Source: an uncultured Candidatus Woesearchaeota archaeon
GTDB lineage: Archaea > Nanobdellota > Nanobdellia > UBA10117
Length of the DNA: 64,000 bases
Assembly (NCBI GenBank): GCA_903864915.1
Contig: CAIPHS010000007.1
Span: 15,146 to 79,145 of the forward strand
Direction: 5' to 3'
Shown: in pieces, positions 9,062-17,583 of the stretch
How positions within the stretch are numbered: position 1 is the stretch's first letter
How the letters are laid out: each line of letters starts with the position of its first letter
Made by a program: the position numbers and the translations under genes
Notes under the pieces: generated by a model
Seen by the model: the letters and a program-made list of their open reading frames with translations, nothing else
Databases searched by the model: none
Told to the model about the DNA's origin: nothing

Positions 9062-9843
9062 TGCATACCTAAATTATAAAGAGCCTCAAGTGACTTCACA
9101 AAACTCTTGTTAGCTATCCAGATTCCCAAGTCTCTGCCATAATGCATGCTGTCATCATCAGGCACAGGCTCAATAAACAATGCATTCTTGTCATCTGCCA
9201 CAATCAAAGTGCTGTGTGCCTTGTCCACATGCTTGCAAGTGCAGCCATTCAGATGCGGGAAAGACTTGTCAACTCCGAACGGAGCCATGATATTTACTTT
9301 TACACCACGGGATTTGGCAGCCTGGATGTGCTGTGCCATGAGCTGCAATCTGTCAAGCCCTGCGGCAGTCGTGACTATGCAAACTTTTTTCTGGGCATTC
9401 TCTATAATTTCCTGAGCTTTCTGATTTACCGCAGACCTGCCGTTCAGTATCCAAAAATTATTTTGCGGCTCGTTGAATTTCTTGTGCTTGCTGAACAAAG
9501 GCTCCAGCTGGTCAATCAGCAATGATTCTATTTTTGAAAGCTTGTCCTGCGTAGTTTTCTTGATTCGCACCAGGCTCTCCTTCGGAGAAATTGCAGAATA
9601 TTTTGCAGGCTTGGTGGGCAAGATTTGAACAAAACCTTTTCTCGCCAAGCTGTCGATAACCTCATACACCTTGCCGTAAGGTATGCTCGTTATACTACTG
9701 ATGGTTTTTGCAGTTGTCACACCTTCAGAAATCAATGATAAGTAAACCCTGGCCTCATAGCGATTCAATCCCAATTCTAATAATGTGGATTCTACCGCCT
9801 GCTGGCCAGATTTGACGCCAATCTCAGATAAGTTCTGGGCCAT
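9058..9843 (-). CDS. TrmB-family transcriptional regulator
   Basis: LGLNRYEARVYLSL...IPYGKVYEVIDSL HTH plus a C-terminal PLD-like effector domain. Confidence 0.9.
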   Translation of the reverse strand: MAQNLSEIGVKSGQQAVESTLLELGLNRYEARVYLSLISEGVTTAKTISSITSIPYGKVYEVIDSLARKGFVQILPTKPAKYSAISPKESLVRIKKTTQDKLSKIESLLIDQLEPLFSKHKKFNEPQNNFWILNGRSAVNQKAQEIIENAQKKVCIVTTAAGLDRLQLMAQHIQAAKSRGVKVNIMAPFGVDKSFPHLNGCTCKHVDKAHSTLIVADDKNALFIEPVPDDDSMHYGRDLGIWIANKSFVKSLEALYNLGMH

Positions 9844-9978
9844 TTTACCTCCAAGGATTAGCTGCGAGTGGATAAACTTTTTTTCAAGACTGAGGAGTGT
9901 TGTAGGTATTACCTCCTATTAGAAGGTAATACGCGATTTTATAGTGATAGTGTCATGCAACGACAAAATTTGTCATTA

Positions 9979-10011
9979 AGAAAAAGAAAATAAGCTGCCC
10001 AATGGCAGCTT
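9979..10011 (-). terminator. Hairpin plus U-tract after 10021..10506
   Basis: AAGCTGCC-N4-GGCAGCTT (9992-10011), followed on the minus strand by ATTTTCTTTTTC. Confidence 0.6.
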
Positions 10012-10020
10012 CACAAGCAC

Positions 10021-10506
10021 TTACTCAGCGTCAGCTGCTACAACCGGTAATAACATATTGCAAACCGGCACGGCAAAGGCTGTGCATGATTGAGCTGTTA
10101 CAACATTTACTCTCGCAACATCGCCGAATTGCAGGTCACAGGAATAACTTGCTGCGCCAGTAACCGTCAATTCCGCGCCACTTATGTCCATATATTTGGT
10201 ACCTTGGTAACTAGATATAGTTTGTACTCTCATTCTCAGCTGGTTTACGTAAATTGTGTCTGTCGCGCTATTTATTTGGCTTGGATTCACGTATGGCTTA
10301 TCAACGTTAACGAGGCCGTTATAGCTTACTGTGGTGAAACCGTCTGTTAAATAAAATGTGCCAACTACTACATTTCCATTAAATAACACTTCGCCTCCGC
10401 CACCGTCACAAGCAAGCACTGGCGCTGCACTAAATGCAAAAACAAGCGCCATGACTAAACTTCCCAATAAAATTTTTCTCTTTTCCATAGCAAAGAAAGT
10501 ATTCAT
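10021..10506 (-). CDS. Secreted Cys-containing hypothetical protein
   Basis: Signal peptide (..APVLA|CDGGGG), beta-rich mature part. Confidence 0.65.
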   Translation of the reverse strand: MNTFFAMEKRKILLGSLVMALVFAFSAAPVLACDGGGGEVLFNGNVVVGTFYLTDGFTTVSYNGLVNVDKPYVNPSQINSATDTIYVNQLRMRVQTISSYQGTKYMDISGAELTVTGAASYSCDLQFGDVARVNVVTAQSCTAFAVPVCNMLLPVVAADAE

Positions 10507-10549
10507 AAGAACAAAATAAGCTTGCTTTATAAAACAAAAAAAGAGAAAA

Positions 10550-11767
10550 CTATTCTCTACTTTTCACAGATAATCTATCTAATTCTTGTAAATATTTTCT
10601 AGAATCATATTTCCAGGAAGTTGTTTTTGGGTCAAAAAGCTTGTGGTAATGTTGTTTAAGCCAGCCTTTAGTTTTGCCTTCCCAAAAATTCGAAGAATCT
10701 GCGTAGTCAAATAATATTGCCCTATTTACCCTCGTTTTTAACATGGCTTTGCTTATGTCCATAAATACATCTGCAACTAGTTTGCCGTTAGTAACTAATT
10801 CTATCGTAAAAAGATTACGAGGGTCTAAGCAATAAACTACAACGTGCAGAGATTTTTTTGAAATGGTTCTAATCAACTCTAATAAAGTCTGCTCATCTTT
10901 AAGTTTCAATATAAACTGCAAATTGATATTTTCGCGGTATAATGGCCCATAAGCAATACGTATCTGCTGAAGAAAATCTTCAGAGTTTTCGTGTAAATAC
11001 TTCAAAACTTGCTGAATACAACTTACACCTACACCTATCGTGTTTTTCCGTATTTTCAAGCCCTTAACAGATGGGCATTTTTTTGGCAAATAACATACAT
11101 CTTCTCCGAATTTCTCGTTCAATCTTTCCCAAATCTTACGCGGAGATGCAAAGTCTTTCAAGTATTCTGCAGCTGTTAAAACTACGAAAGGTGCGCTAAA
11201 CTTTGTTTTGCGCTCATTGTGCAAATTATCTTTTAGTAAATTTATGAAGCGATCATCGCATGTTTTGATAGCTTTAATGGTGCCGTTTGACGAAATCATT
11301 TCATGAAAAGGTGAATATAAAGCAGTTACGTGCTTAACTTTAAACACTGTGAAATCTTCTATGAGTTTTCTGCTTTTGGCGTCTCTCCAAAAATTACAGA
11401 ACTCTTGAAACATTTCATTAGGTATCTTATAATTAACAAAAAAGCATTCTTGGTGTGTTCTAAAATCAACACCTTTCATCAAGTATATTTTGTACGGGAT
11501 CACATCTAAAAGGGCAGGATTACGTAAGCCGTATACTGTTAAAGCCACACTACTCAAACCTAGCCGCTCAAATTTGATGCTTAGATGATATGTAAAATAA
11601 TGGTTTTCCCTTAGATGTTTGAGCCAACGTTTAATCGTTCTTTCAGAAACTTTTTTGCCCCGTATTGTTATGTTCTGGGCCATCTCCCGCGAATTCATCA
11701 GCTTTTTGTGTAAAGTCAGCCGGTAGATAAATTCGAGAAGTCGCTTATCAAATGCGTGAAGCACCAT
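10550..11767 (-). CDS. Large wHTH/Lrp-like transcriptional regulator (two HTH-RAM-like repeats)
   Basis: N-terminal SREMAQ...SERTIKRWLKHL HTH followed by FERLGL (Lrp linker-like); a second similar unit follows. Confidence 0.55.
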   Translation of the reverse strand: MVLHAFDKRLLEFIYRLTLHKKLMNSREMAQNITIRGKKVSERTIKRWLKHLRENHYFTYHLSIKFERLGLSSVALTVYGLRNPALLDVIPYKIYLMKGVDFRTHQECFFVNYKIPNEMFQEFCNFWRDAKSRKLIEDFTVFKVKHVTALYSPFHEMISSNGTIKAIKTCDDRFINLLKDNLHNERKTKFSAPFVVLTAAEYLKDFASPRKIWERLNEKFGEDVCYLPKKCPSVKGLKIRKNTIGVGVSCIQQVLKYLHENSEDFLQQIRIAYGPLYRENINLQFILKLKDEQTLLELIRTISKKSLHVVVYCLDPRNLFTIELVTNGKLVADVFMDISKAMLKTRVNRAILFDYADSSNFWEGKTKGWLKQHYHKLFDPKTTSWKYDSRKYLQELDRLSVKSRE

Positions 11768-11856
11768 CCCTCCATTACTAGCATGTACGGCGATTTAAGC
11801 CTTTAGTTTAGTCTTGCAAATAAATTCTTATATATGTGTTCTAGGAGAGTAGCAGC

Positions 11857-12288
11857 ATGATGTTTGATTCATTCAGAGCGAGAGTAGGCATAATTCTGAT
11901 ACAAGGCAGGGATATTCTCCTGCTTAGGGATACAAAAGGAACGCCTCCGACGTTTTTCCTGCCTGGCGGAGTTGTAAAGCTTGGGGAAACTCTGGAAGCT
12001 GCTGCCAAGAGAGAAACCAAAACGCAAACGGGCGTGGACATAGAACTGTCAAAACTTCTGTATATTTATGACAACATCAAGGAAGACGGCAAGCACAGGC
12101 TAGATATTTTCTTTTTGGGAAAAGTTGCTGAAGAACAGCTGGTCGTGCCGGGCATCCAGAACACAAAACTGGACTGGGTGCGCATAGATTTGCTGCCATC
12201 AATGAATCTGAACCCGCTGATTTTGCGCGAGCAGATCCTGAAAGACTGGAAAAACAAGTTCAAAACCGAATCGGTTTACTTAAAATAA
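11857..12288 (+). CDS. Nudix-fold protein with degenerate Nudix box
   Basis: LPGGVVKLGETLEAAAKRETKTQTGV; the EE of the box is replaced by TQ. Confidence 0.8.
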   Translation: MMFDSFRARVGIILIQGRDILLLRDTKGTPPTFFLPGGVVKLGETLEAAAKRETKTQTGVDIELSKLLYIYDNIKEDGKHRLDIFFLGKVAEEQLVVPGIQNTKLDWVRIDLLPSMNLNPLILREQILKDWKNKFKTESVYLK

Positions 12289-12312
12289 CTCAAACTTAAT
12301 CGTAAGTTTGAG
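12289..12312. terminator. Perfect 10-bp hairpin directly after the Nudix stop
   Basis: CTCAAACTTA-ATCG-TAAGTTTGAG. Confidence 0.45.
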
Positions 12313-12433
12313 GGATAGAAAAATACGAATTATCGGCTTATAATTTTTCCATAATCAGATTTTACATCCGTAATTTCAAGACGTAAAAGTTTATATACTT
12401 CTATTTGTAGAAACACTTATGGAGGTCTTGTAA

Positions 12434-12583
12434 ATGGCAACAAAAAGAAAACCCTTTGGTGGAATGTTAATCAAGCCAGACAGCAAGCTAGCTGCGGTGA
12501 TTGGTAGCGGAGCAGTCGCCCCGTCCCAGATGACAAAGAAGATTTGGATATACATCAAGAAGAACAAATTACTGAAGAAGTAA
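12434..12583 (+). CDS. 49-aa basic SWIB/MDM2-like microprotein (not in ORF track)
   Basis: MATKRKPFGGMLIKPDSKLAAVIGSGAVAPSQMTKKIWIYIKKNKLLKK*. GGAGGT SD, TTTATATA upstream, U-tract downstream. Confidence 0.85.
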   Translation: MATKRKPFGGMLIKPDSKLAAVIGSGAVAPSQMTKKIWIYIKKNKLLKK

Positions 12584-12683
12584 GCAGACAGAATTTTTAC
12601 TTTTCTTTTTATTTTAATTTTCAACTCTTAGAATAAGAAACTTTAAATACAACTTGTCATAGATGTAAATGGAGGTCTTAATA

Positions 12684-12842
12684 ATGGCAACAAAGAAAAA
12701 AAGATTACCATTCGGTGGAATGGTTATGTGGTGTGATTGCGACTGCCCAATGTGTGATGTTTTCGGAAAGAAATTACCACCATCGGCACAGACAAAAGCA
12801 ATGTGGGTACACTTCAAGAAACACGGACACATTAAGAAGTAA
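12684..12842 (+). CDS. 52-aa Cys/His-rich paralog of the SWIB-like microprotein (not in ORF track)
   Basis: MATKKKRLPFGGMVMWCDCDCPMCDVFGKKLPPSAQTKAMWVHFKKHGHIKK*. Same GGAGGTCTT leader; own TTTAAATA box. Confidence 0.8.
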   Translation: MATKKKRLPFGGMVMWCDCDCPMCDVFGKKLPPSAQTKAMWVHFKKHGHIKK

Positions 12843-12902
12843 ATTAGTTTTTTAGTTTATTCTTCTTTTTATTATATTTTTAAAATCAATATAAAAAAGA
12901 AA

Positions 12903-13292
12903 TCAGTATTTTCTTACTGCTGAAACTACATTATCACTGAAGGCAATCTGCCAAGTGCCATCTTTTTGATAGTACCAGTATTCTACGATGTTGCCCTTTG
13001 GTGTAGTTATGGTCTGCTTGTCAACAGGCTCACCAGCAAGTTCTTTGACCTTGTCCGCAGTCATGCCTTCCAAAATCTGGTCCGGGTAACCGTTGGTTTC
13101 AGCTTGTGGTTCTGCAACCTGTTGTGCTGTTTCATTTGGATTTATAACAGTCAGGTTGACTTCCGCACCTTTGGTGTCCAGAACTGCGCCTGTTGCCAGG
13201 TCCTTCTCGGCTGGCAAAAACTTGAAAGCCAAAAATGTTGCAGATAACCCTATTGTAACGACAATAATTCCTAGCAAAAGCAATTTGTTCAT
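12903..13292 (-). CDS. Membrane-anchored protein with SmpA/BamE-like C-terminal domain
   Basis: N-terminal TM; GMT..V..L.G.P and E.W.Y motifs. Confidence 0.65.
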   Translation of the reverse strand: MNKLLLLGIIVVTIGLSATFLAFKFLPAEKDLATGAVLDTKGAEVNLTVINPNETAQQVAEPQAETNGYPDQILEGMTADKVKELAGEPVDKQTITTPKGNIVEYWYYQKDGTWQIAFSDNVVSAVRKY

Positions 13293-13624
13293 ATTTCCTC
13301 CTTCATACGCTCATATAGCTGTACCGCACGCTCGCTCTTGTTAATTATAAATTTTGTGCCACTTGGCAATACAAATGCAAGTTCGGAAAATGTGGGGCAG
13401 GAATTCAGGAATTTTTTCAAATCTACTGCCAATTGCAATGTAATTTCCGGCACGTCCCATTCCAGATAAAATTTGTATGGGTCAATCTCATGCATCAGCC
13501 CTTCAACCCATTGCGGCTTTATCCTTTTGCCGCCCCTGTAGCCATATTTCTGGAAAAATTCTTTCAGGACCATCATATTCAGCTGGAATTTTTGACTGTC
13601 TGGAATGTCAAAACGAAGTAACAT
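13289..13624 (-). CDS. Hypothetical protein
   Basis: ATG start; ATGA overlap with the downstream gene. Confidence 0.65.
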   Translation of the reverse strand: MLLRFDIPDSQKFQLNMMVLKEFFQKYGYRGGKRIKPQWVEGLMHEIDPYKFYLEWDVPEITLQLAVDLKKFLNSCPTFSELAFVLPSGTKFIINKSERAVQLYERMKEEI

Positions 13625-13672
13625 ATACTATTATAGGGTAGAAAAAGAATTTAACTCTGTCGCTATTACCAT

Positions 13673-13747
13673 ATTGCTAACAGCAGTTAGCAATCGCCAA
13701 ACATGGTTTGGCATATAGTATATTTAATAAACAGGGTTGCTAACTGC
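13673..13747. promoter_or_regulatory. Palindromic operator-like sites between divergent genes
   Basis: ATTGCTAAC-N4-GTTAGCAAT (13673-13694), GCCAAAC-N3-GTTTGGC (13696-13712), extra half-site TTGCTAACTGC (13737-13747). Confidence 0.45.
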
Positions 13748-13795
13748 CCCAGGGTATAACAAAGCTATTATAGTTTAGCGTCCTTCCAAAACGCA

Positions 13796-15031
13796 ATGGC
13801 AATCAGGCTAAAGCAGGTGCCAGGCCCAAAATCTTCTAAGTTGTCTGAGTTCTACAGACGGTATAATGCCCTCTCGACACACGAATATCCTCTTGCAATA
13901 AAAGACGGCCAGGGCGCATACCTGCAAGATGTTGATGGCAACTGGTTCCTCGATTTCAACTCACAAATAGCATCTGCAGCCCTTGGCTACAAGCATCCGG
14001 AAATCATGCGCACCATAAAAGAACATTCCGAAAATGGCGCAATGAAGATTGCTGGGCAGTTCTTCTATTGCGAGGAAGCTGCAGAGCTCACAAGAAACAT
14101 CTTATCTATTGCGCCGAAAAAATTGCGGCGTGTTTTCCTGGCAAATTCCGGCACAGAGGCTATTGAAAACTGCCTGAAACTTATTTGGAGAAAAGTGGGC
14201 CCGTTGCCTGGCGTCTCCTGCAGCGGCGCATTTCATGGTTCAACCATCGGCGCATTATCAATCACACATGCAAAAGCCGCGTACAAGAAAAATTATCCGG
14301 AAATCAACCACCATAGCATAAAGTTCTGCACAAGGGATGATGACGCTGAGATTGATGAACTAGAAAAATTCATCTTGACCGGCGGCAAGCCATCATTCGT
14401 GATTGTTGAACCTGTGCAGGGGAACAGCGGCTATTACCCCGCGAGCAAGAAATTCATGCAAGTTCTAAGCAAAATTACAAAGATAAACAAAGTTCCCCTG
14501 ATTTGCGATGAAGTGCAGTCCGGAATGGGCAGGACTGGCAAATGGTGGGCATTCCAGAATTACAATATCGAGCCAGACTTCATAGCGGCAGGAAAGCATT
14601 TGCAGGTCGGAGCGGTGATTTTCCCCAGCGAATTTAATCCTACTGAAAAAGGTGCTGTGCTTGGCACATGGAATGGCGGACACAGGCTTGACATGGCGAT
14701 TGCATCAACTGTGATAAGAACTATAAGAAAACAGAAATTACTGGATAATGCTGTAAATATCGGCGAGCACATAAGGAAAAGATTGCGGGACTTGGCGAAA
14801 GAAATGCCAAAATTCATCATAGACACGAGAGGTATCGGCCTGATGCAGGCCATCGAATTTCCAAGTGCTGAGATCCGCGACAGGATAATACAACAGGCTT
14901 TCAGGAACGGATTGTGCCTGCTGCCTGCGGGCGAGCGAACCATCCGCATAGCACCCCCTCTGATAATAAAAAAAGAGGAAGCTGAGGAAGGACTTAATGT
15001 CTTAGAGAAAGTTATAAAAAATTCAAAATAA
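13796..15031 (+). CDS. Class III PLP aminotransferase (GabT/ArgD-like)
   Basis: DVDGN.FLDF, NSGTEA.E, AFHG, EPVQG, DEVQSGMGRTG, AGK (PLP lysine). Confidence 0.92.
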   Translation: MAIRLKQVPGPKSSKLSEFYRRYNALSTHEYPLAIKDGQGAYLQDVDGNWFLDFNSQIASAALGYKHPEIMRTIKEHSENGAMKIAGQFFYCEEAAELTRNILSIAPKKLRRVFLANSGTEAIENCLKLIWRKVGPLPGVSCSGAFHGSTIGALSITHAKAAYKKNYPEINHHSIKFCTRDDDAEIDELEKFILTGGKPSFVIVEPVQGNSGYYPASKKFMQVLSKITKINKVPLICDEVQSGMGRTGKWWAFQNYNIEPDFIAAGKHLQVGAVIFPSEFNPTEKGAVLGTWNGGHRLDMAIASTVIRTIRKQKLLDNAVNIGEHIRKRLRDLAKEMPKFIIDTRGIGLMQAIEFPSAEIRDRIIQQAFRNGLCLLPAGERTIRIAPPLIIKKEEAEEGLNVLEKVIKNSK

Positions 15032-15124
15032 GCAAAAAAATCTGAATTTTCTAAAACTGACGTTATTAAAAATTCAAAGTAGAAAACAAAACTTTTTATA
15101 CCCCTGATTTTTTTAATGAGTTGC

Positions 15125-15364
15125 ATGGCCAAGAAGGTTAAAATATATTCAACGCCCTACTGCACATACTGCAAGCTTGCCAAAAATTTCTTTACCAAAA
15201 ACAGCGTGGCTTTTACAGAAGTTGACGTCTCTGAAGACGAGAAAGAACTTAATAGCATGGTGAAGAAGAGCGGGCAGATGGGTGTCCCCGTAATTGAGAT
15301 TGACGATAAGGTCATTGTAGGCTACAACGAGGCGAAGATAAAAAAACTTCTTGGGCTAAAATGA
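15125..15364 (+). CDS. Glutaredoxin/NrdH-like redoxin
   Basis: STPYCTYC, SGQMGVPVI. Confidence 0.9.
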   Translation: MAKKVKIYSTPYCTYCKLAKNFFTKNSVAFTEVDVSEDEKELNSMVKKSGQMGVPVIEIDDKVIVGYNEAKIKKLLGLK

Positions 15365-16305
15365 TTTATGACATAATTATCATTGGTGCTGGCCCCGCAG
15401 GCCTCACTGCTGCAATCTATGCTTGCAGGCGCGAGCTCAAGACACTGATTATTAGCAAGGACCTGGGCGGGCAGATTGCAAAAGCCCCAGATGTCAGGAA
15501 TTTTCCAGGCTTTGAAGAAATCTCAGGTGCAGAACTAACTCAGAAAATGATGGACCAGGCGCAGAAGCTTGGTGCCGAAGTTGTTTTTGAAGGAATAAAA
15601 TCTGTCACAAAGGAAGGAAAAAACTTTGAAGTGCAGGCTTCTGCAGGAAAATACAAAGGCAAAGCCCTGATACTCGCATACGGCAAGACACCCCGAAGTC
15701 TGGGTGTGGATGGGGAGGAAAAATTTGCCGGCAAGGGCGTCAGCTATTGCGCGACTTGCGACATGCCTGTCTTCAGGAACAAAACGGTTGCAATCCTTGG
15801 TGGAGGAAACTCCGCATTGGATGCTGCAATCTATGGCTCAAAGATTGCAAAACAAATCTACATAATTCACAGACGGGATGAATTTAGGGCTGATGAAATT
15901 GAATTAAAAAATGCAAAGAAGGCAAAAAACATTGAGTTCGTACTGAATTCAATCCCAAAGGAAATCAAAGGAGACAAATTTGTAAAATCCCTAATTATAG
16001 AGGATGTAAACACCAAAAAAACAAGAGATATTCCTGTTGATGGAATATTTGTCGAAATAGGCTACGAAGTCAAGACAGACATTGTTGCGCATCTGGTGAA
16101 ATTAGACGAATTGAAGCAAATTATAATTGACAACACCTGCTCGACATCCCAGCCAGGAATTTTTGCTGCCGGCGATATTACAAACACGCCGATGAAACAA
16201 TCCATAGTTGCAGCTGGCGAAGGTGCAAAAGCTGCATTGTCCGCATACCATTATCTGCAAGGATCCAAGCCCACAGTTATGGTGGATTGGGGCAAGAAAA
16301 CTTAA
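15361..16305 (+). CDS. trxB: Thioredoxin reductase
   Basis: GAGPAGLTAA, GVSYCATCD, GGGNSA, HRRDEFRA, FAAGD. Confidence 0.95.
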   Translation: MIYDIIIIGAGPAGLTAAIYACRRELKTLIISKDLGGQIAKAPDVRNFPGFEEISGAELTQKMMDQAQKLGAEVVFEGIKSVTKEGKNFEVQASAGKYKGKALILAYGKTPRSLGVDGEEKFAGKGVSYCATCDMPVFRNKTVAILGGGNSALDAAIYGSKIAKQIYIIHRRDEFRADEIELKNAKKAKNIEFVLNSIPKEIKGDKFVKSLIIEDVNTKKTRDIPVDGIFVEIGYEVKTDIVAHLVKLDELKQIIIDNTCSTSQPGIFAAGDITNTPMKQSIVAAGEGAKAALSAYHYLQGSKPTVMVDWGKKT

Positions 16306-16329
16306 TAGCTTAACTTCTCATTAAATCAT

Positions 16330-16662
16330 ATGCCTATTACGCAAGAGGGGGTAACCCCTGAATACGAGCTGGGTAATCTCGTAATAACCGCGTGGCCAGA
16401 CAATACTTATTCTTTTGAGAACATAAACCTAACAATCGCGCGATGCGCTGACGGCGGGATAAAGGACATCTATGATGCTCAATGGAAGCGCTCCGACCTA
16501 ATCGCAAAGCTGAAGGGCGGCAGCATAGAGGATGTCCTGAAGGGCCTGTCGAAGGAAGATATCGCTCTGCTAGAAACAGAAAAGACAGACATAATAAAGT
16601 ACGTTGAAGACGTTAAGGATTTGTATGAATGTAGTAAAAAAACTGAGTCACCTGCGCCTTAG
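16330..16662 (+). CDS. Hypothetical protein
   Basis: ATG ORF filling the gap between neighbours. Confidence 0.6.
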   Translation: MPITQEGVTPEYELGNLVITAWPDNTYSFENINLTIARCADGGIKDIYDAQWKRSDLIAKLKGGSIEDVLKGLSKEDIALLETEKTDIIKYVEDVKDLYECSKKTESPAP

Positions 16663-16959
16663 CAGCTTCTTTTCAGCCTTTTTTACTTCTCTTTCTGTTT
16701 TTGCAAACCTGCGTGGGATGTAAACCCAGTTAGTGACTGCCAGAACGGCTACGATTATGCCAAGAACAATGAATATCATCTCTCGGTTATGCAGGAATTG
16801 CAATATGCATAAAGTTACTGAGCCGAGCATGAACAGCAAAGTCGCTAACGGGTCTGTGGTGCTTTTGCCCTGGTAAATATCCTTTGCAACAATTACGCAC
16901 CATGCGGCCAGGAAAAATATTGTGGCTAGCAAATCAAGATAATCTATGAACGCAGCCAT
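16648..16959 (-). CDS. Small 3-TM membrane protein
   Basis: Three hydrophobic helices and a basic tail. Confidence 0.7.
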   Translation of the reverse strand: MAAFIDYLDLLATIFFLAAWCVIVAKDIYQGKSTTDPLATLLFMLGSVTLCILQFLHNREMIFIVLGIIVAVLAVTNWVYIPRRFAKTEREVKKAEKKLLRRR

Positions 16960-17034
16960 GCCAGCTCTTTATTTTCCAGCTATTAAAATCTTTCCGGGCA
17001 CAAGGCTTTAAAGAATAACGGATTTTACCAGAAC

Positions 17035-17583
17035 ATGTTCACGTTTACGCTCTGGGAAATTATCCAGATAATAATAACCATACTTGCTGTCGGCGTAATT
17101 TTTTCCGGGCTGGTAAAAAAGCCACAGACTTACGAAGACCTGCTTGAAGGCAAAAATAATGTTTTGCAGGACTTGAAATTTGCAATTGCCGTTGCAGCTC
17201 CTGCAGTAATCTTTCATGAGCTTGCTCATAAATTCCTTGCTTTGTATTACGGTTTCTCTGCAACCTATGTTGCAAGCTGGTGGGGCCTCGGCATAGGCCT
17301 AGTGCTGAGATTCCTTGCGCCAGGCTGGATATTCTTCATTCCCGGCTATGTTTCAATCTCAGGCGCAGGAACCGCTTTACAGTATGGCCTGACAGCCCTT
17401 GCAGGCCCGCTGACAAACCTGATTTTGTTCGGAATTTTCTGGCTCTTATTAAAGAAAGATATCGCGCCAAAGTATTCTGCAATCTGGCAAGTTGCAAAGC
17501 AAATCAACCTCTGGCTCTTTGTATTCAACATGCTGCCAATCCCTGGCCTGGATGGCTTCAAGTTCTACAGCTCATTTTTCTAA
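17035..17583 (+). CDS. Site-2 protease (M50) family zinc metalloprotease
   Basis: HELAH, AGP, FNMLPIPGLDG. Confidence 0.9.
   Translation: MFTFTLWEIIQIIITILAVGVIFSGLVKKPQTYEDLLEGKNNVLQDLKFAIAVAAPAVIFHELAHKFLALYYGFSATYVASWWGLGIGLVLRFLAPGWIFFIPGYVSISGAGTALQYGLTALAGPLTNLILFGIFWLLLKKDIAPKYSAIWQVAKQINLWLFVFNMLPIPGLDGFKFYSSFF

Noticed and set aside
12391-12832. Minus-strand 77-aa and 72-aa ORFs
   Set aside because: Antisense shadows of the two SD-led SWIB-like genes.
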